A stretch of DNA of 62,897 bases, counting the filler, from Choristocarpus tenellus KU-1152 (lineage: Eukaryota > Protista > Phaeophyceae): NCBI GenBank assembly GCA_964200185.2. It is 11 parts of 11 records of this genome, joined end to end, with 100 filler letters (N's around TTAATTAATTAA, not from the genome) between each part and the next. Parts side by side here need not be neighbours in the genome. Positions count along the whole stretch, not along the records: positions 50,561 to 59,602 come from CAXNAD020004053.1; positions 59,703 to 62,897 come from CAXNAD020021628.1; 9 more parts are not named here. One strand, 5' to 3'. Of the stretch, positions 54,101-62,897 are shown in pieces (positions within the stretch are counted from its first letter, which is position 1; the number at the start of each line of letters is the position of its first letter). Under the pieces are notes generated by a model, which ran no database searches, was not told the DNA's origin, and saw only the letters and a list, made by a program, of their open reading frames with translations. The translations under genes were made by a program, and so were the position numbers.

Positions 54101-56240
54101 AAATGCACATCTCTGAAAAAATTGTGCCTTAACTACACAGAAATAATTGTTACCTGAGATCAAGCAGACCAGACAAGAACGCACCTGCCAGCTGCCACTG
54201 TCTCCGGGCAGGGTCAAAGCACAGCTCCAATGCCAACATATCTTTAGAAACACACAGACACAACTGACTCATGGAGGGGGGGAGGGGGGAAAGGGAAATT
54301 TTATTTTTGATCCTGGAGCAGTTCTTTCTAATGACCATAACGAGTGTGAAACAAAGCAGAAAATTTGTGGAAGTGGATAGGAGTGTGTGGAAAGATCCGT
54401 AAACAAGACATGTAGTTGAAGAAATGCTTCGGGGAGAAAAATGCCAATCTGTTGCCTCGGCTTTCTTTGGGGATAGGGAGTGATTACACTACCACCATAT
54501 TTGACTCTAACTCGTACCCTAACCCGAGTACAATTATTCTAACATACACATATTTGAGAAGTGCAACACAAGTTATGTTCACTCTGTATAGACCAAGTCC
54601 TTCTTGCAAGAGGGAGAATGGAGGGGATTTTAGCACAAGAACCTCTAGCAAGCCCTGAGTGCAAGAGCATCTAAGACAGGGATCGAATTTGACCCTTTTG
54701 AGTTTCAAGACACTTTTGAACCTAGTGCAATACATACCATGCCCATGCCCAAAGTGCAGTCAACCTCCACATAGGAGGGTTTGCCTGTAGAGGAAGATCA
54801 ACTGTGAGATCACTGTTACCCGAAAGCTCCCACCTCAGTGCTTAGAACACACATTCCACAAAAGCAGACAAATGTTCCCCTAAGCCTCAACAAAACCCCA
54901 CTTATAGATAGCGTCACTCCCCTTCACTTACGCTGTAGGTCGTCCTCCTGCTGGACTCATTCACAGCTACCCACTGGGACAGCCTGGCAGGCTTAGCAAA
55001 CTTCCGCCCAGTTATCAGCTCTCCTGTGGCAGTGTCCCACACGTAGACAAGGCAGTCAAGCCCACAGGCTAAGAGAAACCGCTGGTCTGGACTGAACGAA
55101 AGCTGGCAGATACCCTGTGAGGAGGTTGGATGTAACGGAAGGGAGGATTTTGTCATGGCAGGCACACATGAGAGGTATATATCGCCAGGTACAATGAAGG
55201 AGGCGCAAACTTACTCTGTAGTTCTGGAAACCTGTATGTATTGTAGTAATGGGACTCCGACGACTTCAGAATTTTGAGGCAGGACGAATCGAGACATCCC
55301 CAGGTAGGTATAAGTCATGCTGCTAAGATAACTGGTACTTCATATGAAAGCTTCTTTTTTCGTTTAAAGCGATAGTGGTAATGTTAGTAGTATTATAGAT
55401 AGAGAAGTTGGAGACATTGTATGATTAGCAACAAATAACCACTAGGTACACGAGAGTGAAAGTATCTTAGAGGGCAGAGCTGCATCCATTTGGAGGCCGA
55501 AATCCAATGTTGCAATTTTGATGTATATTTGGTCATCATGTTTGTTAGGAGATGTCAATATCTTTGTTCCGGACACACCTTTTCATAACGTACATACCCC
55601 GAAACATTTTGGAGTGGGTAAAATGTCATTAAAAATCCATGAGAAGCCAAAGCCCCAAATGGACAAACAGCGAAAAACTCGTACCTTCTAAGATACTGTC
55701 ACTCTGAAAATAGCCTGTACATCAGGATTGTTCTAAATTGGATGCTCTCCTGCTCAAAAGGTGCAACCTCCCCTGACCTCCAGTATCACTCTACATGCAG
55801 GTTCAAGAGAAGGTCACCAATACAATTAAAGAAAATATTGATCGGGGTGGAAGATCCCTCCAGGTGTACCGGTATACGGGGCAAATTTCGCTGCAGACAT
55901 GCCCATTCTTTTTTTATTTTCTCACGGATCCAGAATACAGCACAACAACAGTTGAATATGAATTGGAATTGGAATTTAATAATTGGAATAATAAAAAAGA
56001 GTAAGAACATTAGTAGGAATAGTAGGAACAGTTTTATGAGCGCTCAGTGGGGTACATAGAAAGGAAAATGGGTGTGATGCGCAAATCTTGGGAGAGGTCA
56101 ACACTGCCTCTCTACATCCAACCAGTTAATGTTCCTCACCTGACTCATTCCCTCCAGCACCAACAGCGAGGCGTGCTTCTGGTAGTCCCACAATATGACT
56201 GGCGAAGGGAATCCCTTGATGTGTACCGACCCAACCTGAC
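51129..56240 (-). CDS. WD40-repeat protein, CFAP52/WDR16-like (partial)
   Basis: Six phase-consistent exons (56240-56140, 55114-54932, 54263-54185, 53387-53270, 52591-52471, 51287-51129): GQ..GFPSPVILWD, LSFSPDQRFLL.CGLD..VYVWD, LVCGTDVGD, VYCGSGDG, GGVVSLS...LLAGT.EG.IYRV. Confidence 0.85.
52784..52960 (-). mobile_element. Complete MITE family B copy (177 bp) in an intron of the WD40 gene
   Basis: GGCTCATAGTATCTGGGGG...CCCCCAGATACTTTGGGTC; 3-bp TSD AAT. Confidence 0.92.
55454..55704 (-). mobile_element. MITE family A copy (intronic)
   Basis: Both TIRs; flanks CGA/TGA. Confidence 0.9.
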
Positions 56241-56260
56241 CTGAGTGGATGGATATGGTG

Positions 56261-56518
56261 GAGTGAAAGTACCTTAGAGGGTACGATTATAGACCTGTTT
56301 GTACGTTTGGGACTTGGCTTCCCACAGTTTTTTCGTGGCCTTTTACCTACTCTGAAACGTTTCAGAGTAGGTTAAACGTAACGTTATGAAAAAGGTGTGT
56401 ACAAACAAGGATATTGATACTTCCTGACAACCACAATGGCCAAACTTTCATCAAAATCGCAACATTCGATTTTGGCACCCAAATGGACGCGGCTCTACCC
56501 TCTAAGATACTCTGACTC
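56261..56518 (+). mobile_element. MITE family A copy 20 nt from a splice acceptor
   Basis: Both TIRs; 3-bp TSD GTG. Confidence 0.9.
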
Positions 56519-58753
56519 GTGGTTGCACAAAGAGACAGTAGCGTCATCCCTTGAAATGTGAATGGAGTCACAATCACACACAGGTTGTATGCCCGGGAGA
56601 CGATTCTGTACTTCCTGTAGTTGATATTTTCTTCGCTTCGAATTTTGCTTGTCCGCGTGGGTGATATTCACACCGTTCTGATTTGTGCGCTTTTTGCAGG
56701 TCATAGGGTTAGGGTACTACTATCCACAAAAACAATCAAGACAGTGCACCGTTTCTTCCTGCATTTATACATAAAGTGGTATCGGTAGCTTAGCCCTCTG
56801 GAGCAATCTCGCTCTTGTTCACTGTATTGCCGCACGAGTTATACGACAATACATATATTAAATGAAGTCTTATGACCAGAGTTTTTGAAGTTCTGTATGT
56901 ACAAAATGTACAAACTTCGGTGAACAGGAGCTATGCCTCGATCATATAATGGCAAAAACGTAGAGGAACATCTCGATCACAATTTTGATGGTCATAACTT
57001 CAAAGATACAAAAATGAAGTGGTTGGCTGAACTCCCTGCAAAGAAATAATGCGGGTTAGACCGCTATCCAATAGTGGCGCGTGTGGCAATACCGGAAAAA
57101 AAAGCAAGATTTGCGGACACCTTAATTAGCGCCATTTGCAGACAGGCTGTGATCACACACATGGGTGACCCACACAACAACATGAACCACGCACGATGGT
57201 GAGACAAGGAGAGCCGCAAAGGCCAATCCCCTGGATCTACCCTCGGCAACTTCTCTGTCGAGAGGGGACAAAAAAAAAAGTACCGTGTGACACCCAGTGC
57301 AATGTTTCGTGACGAGAAAGTGCGTGCTGTGGCGCTACAGTATGATTAAATCATGAAATGGACCACGTGGCCGCAACACTGATGCTGAGAGAGAAGATGT
57401 CTGGAAAGCATTACCACACAAGCGTGGTTGGATCGTCAACTACGTCGGAGCACTGCTCTGCACTCTCTGCCACCTCGGGAAAGCAGGAAGAGAGCAGTGA
57501 GTCCATCACCAAGTGTGGTAAAGTGATGAAGTCTGTGGGGAAAGCCTGGTCATGGTGGTCAAAGGGAAAACCAGGGTGGCCAGCCAAAGGGAAGGTTGGG
57601 GAGGAGAGCAGTGCGACTGCGTGCCATTGCGCTCAGGAAATGCCCAAGCAAAAAACCCGGGTGTAGAATATCTGTGTAGTCAACAGTTGCAGCAGGCCCT
57701 GGCTGTTTGGAAGCTATGCCAGACGGAGTGGCTTAAGGAAACGAGAAAGTAGGTGTTGGGGTTGGGGACAAGAGGGCTCTGAAGCCCAAAAGATCATCGA
57801 GAGGGCTCGCAAGGCGGAGGAGAAAGAGACTGTAACAAAGGCAGCTGTGGAGACTTTCTGCTACCACCAAATCCTTTACTTCGAAGAGGACTCGAAGCGG
57901 GTGGAGGTAGCCATCGATGAGGACGCCAGGGAAGAAGAGGAGGTGAGATGGAGACTATTTGCACACCAATGGTTTTGTGTCTCCCACTTCTTGCAAGATG
58001 CCGCACGTTTATTTCTGTTCCTGGACTTAGGGTCGGATGTATAAACTTGATCTTAAGGTTTCTCCCCGCCTGCATTCATTCGAGAAATCAACACAATTTT
58101 CAATCAACTCAAGCCGATCCTCCCTCGCCCTTGTGCCTTGATAAAATATCACCCGCCCTGGAAACATGGACGACGCCCATTTCCGGCGCTCAACAAGGAA
58201 AGGTGATATGCATGGCTCTAACACTATGATTCCTGTGCCTGTGTATGGATGACGGGAAAGATCGTCAAACGGCGCTCGAGATGGCAGCAGGATATGCGAT
58301 GGTCAGGTTGGAAACTGTGAGTAAATGGGAGAGAGACTTCCTAACTAAGGGTCACATCAAGGTGTCGGAGCAAGGGCGTTACGAGAGATGTTTCGTTCTG
58401 GGCCTTGACGAGGACATACATTTACATTTACCATTCATTCCTTAGGTCGTTCGTTTGGCTGGCGTTTTTTTCTGTCTAACCAAGTATACTTTAATCAAGT
58501 AATAGTAAATTTGTTGCCAATTTTGGTAGCCTTCAATCCATGGTTCAAACCCCAATATGGGCGCTCTTTCTTTAAAAAAAAAAAAAATCGAACAAAAAAA
58601 AACGAAGACCCTACCCTGGAGGGCCTGGTGACGGGCATCACGAATGTACTTTCTTTTTATCCGATGTCTACATCAGAAGTTTTTATGCGACAACCATAAA
58701 GCCATAACCTATTCGTACCAATATATGTATGAGTTTATGTATGTATTTATGTA

Positions 58754-58935
58754 CTCCCTCTGTTCCACAGGTCTGGGCGGATAAGATGTAGCTTTTGGGG
58801 ATGACCTCCGATTACCAAACGGACTCTTGTGTTAGATGCTTGGAATATTTTACATTAGGAAACTTACTTTCAAAGAATTCTACAAATATTTCTGTTCGGA
58901 AATGGCTCCGAAACTGTGGAACACAGAATATGTTC
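58754..58935 (+). mobile_element. Solo left end of a related DD39D mariner/Stowaway-like element
   Basis: TA|CTCCCTCTGTTCCACAGGTCTGG..., homologous to 40369-40550. Confidence 0.8.
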
Positions 58936-59702
58936 TTTGTCCTATACGTCTGTAGAGTGTTGGCAGTCGCCTCCTCCGTGAACTTTGTCGTCCCATAACT
59001 TTTGATCAACATCAAATTCTTTCATGAAAATTCGTTCATTGTCATCGCATCAGCATGCTTAACCTTATTTCATGGGTCTCGGTTGATCAACTTACTGTAA
59101 TCGTGAGATATACAGGACCATACTTAAATCAAGCAGTCCGCGCATGGGGGTTGCCGTGCGGCGCGCGAAAACCGCACATTTTTTTTTATCATTTTGAAGC
59201 CTGAAGAGGTCATCTTCAACCGGAGAACATGGGTGATGTTGCCTCTCCATTCTCTTTCCATTAATTCCCGTTTATGCAATGTTGTCACCTGCTGGCTAAG
59301 GTTCACTCAATGGGGCCCAGGTCTCTGAACCAGACAATCCATGCCAAGTCAAATGAGGTATTCTGAAGGTGCAGGCCTCCTATGAAACTTAAATGTCTTG
59401 TGCACCCTGTCCAATTTGGTGCACTCTATGCCTTTCTCATTGGAGTATATCAAGTGGTAAGCAATGCTCAACCTGAAGAACCTCTCCACAGTTAGTTACT
59501 CTGGGCAGCCCCCCTTCCTCCTTAAGACTGACAGGAATGTTGGCTCTCATTCCAGGCAACATATAGTCACAATGGCCTCATACATAGTGCTTCGCCCGCC
59601 CCNNNNNNNNNNNNNNNNNNNNNNNNNNNNNNNNNNNNNNNNNNNNTTAATTAATTAANNNNNNNNNNNNNNNNNNNNNNNNNNNNNNNNNNNNNNNNNN
59701 NN

Positions 59703-59764
59703 TGCGACATGAAAAAATTGACCCCAAATGGACAGCCGCCACCCTCCCCAAGACACTTTGAGCC
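59703..59764 (+). mobile_element. MITE family B 3' end (further ends at about 5298-5345, 31631-31650, 42880-42896, 47510-47526, 50635-50649)
   Basis: GCGACATGAAAAAATTGACCCCAAATGGACAGCCGCC...AGACACTTTGAGCC. Confidence 0.85.
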
Positions 59765-59769
59765 TGGAG

Positions 59770-60532
59770 ACTGTAATGATCGTAGATCAGTGACTGGAAG
59801 AACAATAATGTTTGTAGGAGGAGCAATATCTTGGATGTCAAATGTACAAAAAGATTGCAGCTTTGTCTTTCATAGAGAGTGAGTATATAGCCCTTAGCAG
59901 TGTGGCACAGGAATTGCTTTTCTTGAGAAGTGTTTGTTGAGTTTATTCAGCCACAGGTTTGTAGGTGTTGCATTGATATATTTGAGGATAATGATGGTGC
60001 ATGCAAACTAGTACAAAATGCTACAAGCTCTACTAGAACAAAGCACATTAATGTCCGAAGCTAGAAAAGGAGAGATCCGTGTTGTTTTTGTTGGTACTGC
60101 AAATCAGTGGGCAGATGTGTTGACCAAGAATTTGCCAGTCCGAGGTTTTAGCCAACATTTGAAGTTTACAACGAACACGTAAAGTAACATGTGTGTTGTT
60201 GTTGTTGTTGTTGTTATTGTTGTTGTGATTGTTTGAGAGTTAATACTTGTTTCCAGCAAGGGGAGGATATCGAATAACCTAGTGTTATCCTTACGTTGTA
60301 TGTGCCGATACAAGTATATAGCATAGTTTTCATGTACGTTTGTCTTTGGTTTGATACAAGTTGTAACATGCGAACGGTATGTTAAACAACGGTATGATGA
60401 GTCCGTGTTTATTCATACCTCAGTGATATTAGAGAACTGGTGGGCAATTCATAATTCAGTGTATATGTTTTACCATGTAACTCAACCAGCGGTTTTGTGT
60501 GACGAGCCATACCTGCGCCAAGCTCTACAACA
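59770..60532 (+). mobile_element. Copia RNase H, polypurine tract and probable 3' LTR
   Basis: DRRSVTG....GGAISW.S..Q, ALS..ESEYIAL, IFEDNDGA, TRTKHINVR, QWADVLTK; PPT AAGGGGAGGA at about 60258; putative LTR 60268-60532 ending CAACA. Confidence 0.9.
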
Positions 60533-60537
60533 CTAGG

Positions 60538-62793
60538 TCAAATGTCATCCACGAACAGTTGAATTCTGTCTTCGTCTAGGTTCCATTGAAAATGTGTAAG
60601 GACGTGGTTGATTGTTCTATTGGGTGACGAGAAGATGTGTTTCCGTGTCGAGCCAGAGTAGACAATCTTCACAGAGCGTGTAGATCCTGAAAAAAAGAAA
60701 TATGTGGCCTGTGTCAACATGTGTACGAGGAACATGTCGCATTAACTTTTCTGGGACCTTGAAGTCCATCTCCCCCAATCTATTTTCCGGGTAATGCCCA
60801 TTTTATCGAAGTTATGTTCTTTCATATTTTTCCAAGAGATCAGTCGCTATATTACATTTTTGCCTGAGATGGAAATGTACAAGTAGCAACAGGGTCGAAC
60901 AGATTCTCCGAGTTGTTAAACATTAAACCTCGACCAGGACTCTAAAGTACTCTGGGATGAGGCAAATCCCTATACCAACACTCGATGAATCATGCATAAA
61001 TCAATGATTCATTTTACATTTGATAGTGATGGAATAATTAATACTTTAGCCTCACCATGAAGTACGACACAATCGTGTCATTCAGGGTTTCATACGCAGT
61101 CCCCCCATAGTCACGAAATGAACCCTTCTGTGGAAAAGGAAAGTGGCTCTGACGCCTCCCCAATCGTTGACCCAACAGCACATTGTGCTAGCAGATGAGT
61201 CCAGAAGAAACATTTTTTGCGTAGAAATTCCCCACATCCTCACCCCCCTCCCCAACCAACTAGCCTATCACTACTCTCCATGTTAGTTGTTTCCCCTCAT
61301 GACCCTTCACCATCCATAATCATACCCTCTGTTGCCTTCAACAACTCCCTCTGCAAAGCTTCATCCAGTGGAGTTTTACTATTGCCACCTCAAAGAGGCT
61401 GAGGACATAATAAATCGGCAATTGAAGACTATTCATGTACAACAAACAGTAGCACCAAACGCATTAACATGGCACAGATTTGAACAGGAAAGGTGTGCAT
61501 AGGTCCAACACAACAAGAAACACATGCTCGTGTCAGCACATGGTGTATGTATGTGCTTTAAAGGATTAAGGCATACCGGGTGGTGGATATCATGAAAGAT
61601 GAGGATGATTCCACCCATCTGCAACCACGGCCACTTTTGCCATCGAACATATATGCACATGTTCCATATGTTATTACAACGGCTCATCAAGGGAAAGCAG
61701 TGTCAGCATAAAAGTGACCATAGAGTAGGTGAGGCGATCTTCTAGGTGGTTGGGTTGTTGTTGGCTTAACCATTGCCGTATGGGAGTGCCTATTGTGTAT
61801 GGTGAGGTACGTTCTCTGGTTCACAAGGTGGCTAAATGAGGATTAGATGCACTCAGAGAGTTAAGATGGTGGGGAGTCGGACGAGTACTTCCACAGTTGT
61901 GGATATCTCATGTGCACGACTTTCATTGGGGGGCGGTACTTTTCACAGACATGATAGAATAAGTGCCTAGAGAGTTGACTACAATCAGTTTACCCAGTCA
62001 CAATCATCATGACGGTCAAAATCTTTACACAATGACCCACCTCTGCTGGTCATTATTGAGTCAAAGTATCCAAAAGCGTAGAGCAGCGTCCGCTTGGGGG
62101 CCAAAATCTACTGTTGCGATTTTGATGAAATTTTGGCTGTCGTGTTTGTTATTTAGTGTCAATGACCTTGTTCCGGACACACCTTTTCATGACGTATGCA
62201 TTTTCCTCACTCCGAACCATTTTATAGTACGTAAAATGTCATCAAAACCCCATGGAAAGTCAAGCCCCAAACGGACAAAAAGGGCAAAACTCGTACCCTC
62301 TAAGATACTTCCACTCTTATCGAGATGGACGTTGAGGATAGCACCGTAATTGTGAGCGGTGAGAACATACAGGATATCAAATGGACAAGTGGAAAGGGTG
62401 AAATATTGTTGAGAACGAACTCTCAAGTCAATGATAATACATGCCCGCACTATTCTTCTTAGCTGAGGGTCACTTCCTACCCATACAAGTATTCTACTTC
62501 TGGAGGTGACGCTTGATGGATTTCCTCTAGACCGCTGGAGAGATCTTCGACTAAGAAAATGAATACGCTATACTACTCTACCTGCTCATGTGGGTGTACA
62601 TATACACACATTGTGCTTGTTGTACGCAGAACAAACACCTGCTGTACCTTGCAAGTACGTGGATTAACAGATCAATCCCCATTGATGCCAAAGAATCATA
62701 GTGTATCGCTAATACTCTACACCACACTATACATTTGTCGAAGAAGGTCAAGTGGTGGATTAAGCCAGTCCTCTCAGACCAGTCCAAAGTCAA
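60538..62793 (-). CDS. Putative exons of an unidentified gene
   Basis: Splice-bounded open segments at about 62650-62793, 62487-62550 and 60538-60686 (ends in a stop); no recognisable domain. Confidence 0.3.
62058..62316 (-). mobile_element. MITE family A copy
   Basis: Both TIRs; TSD unclear (TTATT/TTATC). Confidence 0.88.
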
Positions 62794-62897
62794 GAGGGTG
62801 GTTTGTCATCAGCCACACGCACAGGTGGGGGGGGGGGGTATTAGTGAACGAGCAATGTGACCGGGTGTGCGTGGGCGAGAAATGTTTTTACATCCTC

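Noticed and set aside
5198-59702. TTAATTAATTAA palindrome repeated 10 times within N-runs
   Set aside because: Artificial six-frame-stop linker joining contigs; not biological, and synteny across it cannot be assumed.
36371-62450. Family of similar short ORFs (e.g. SQSILEGRAASIW, GKPSPKRT) suggesting a multigene peptide family
   Set aside because: These are chance translations of MITE copies; frames, starts and stops are not conserved.

Overview
Eukaryotic nuclear DNA, most likely from a brown alga or close stramenopile relative. This is inferred from a FirrV-1-B30-like gene, brown-algal-style RTE and Copia elements, and GT-AG introns. The window is 11 contigs joined by artificial 100-nt linkers (44N-TTAATTAATTAA-44N), so adjacency across gaps is not biological. 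Manual splicing gives one complete 7-exon gene for a secreted 317-aa protein with two FirrV-1-B30-like domains. It also gives partial phase-consistent models for RNF10/Mag2, a CFAP52-like WD40 protein and a tandem-FHA protein, plus a disrupted SET-domain gene. Most of the rest is transposon debris: RTE and CRE/RLE LINEs, Copia, a full-length decayed DD39D mariner and a Sola2-type transposase relic. The most striking pattern is a set of about 20 MITE copies or ends in 2-3 families with different interiors. They share a bipartite end (G..AAAGTATCT plus GTCCATTTGG), make variable 3- or 4-bp TSDs, and co-occur with the Sola2-type relic. All family assignments come from motif recognition by eye, not database searches.
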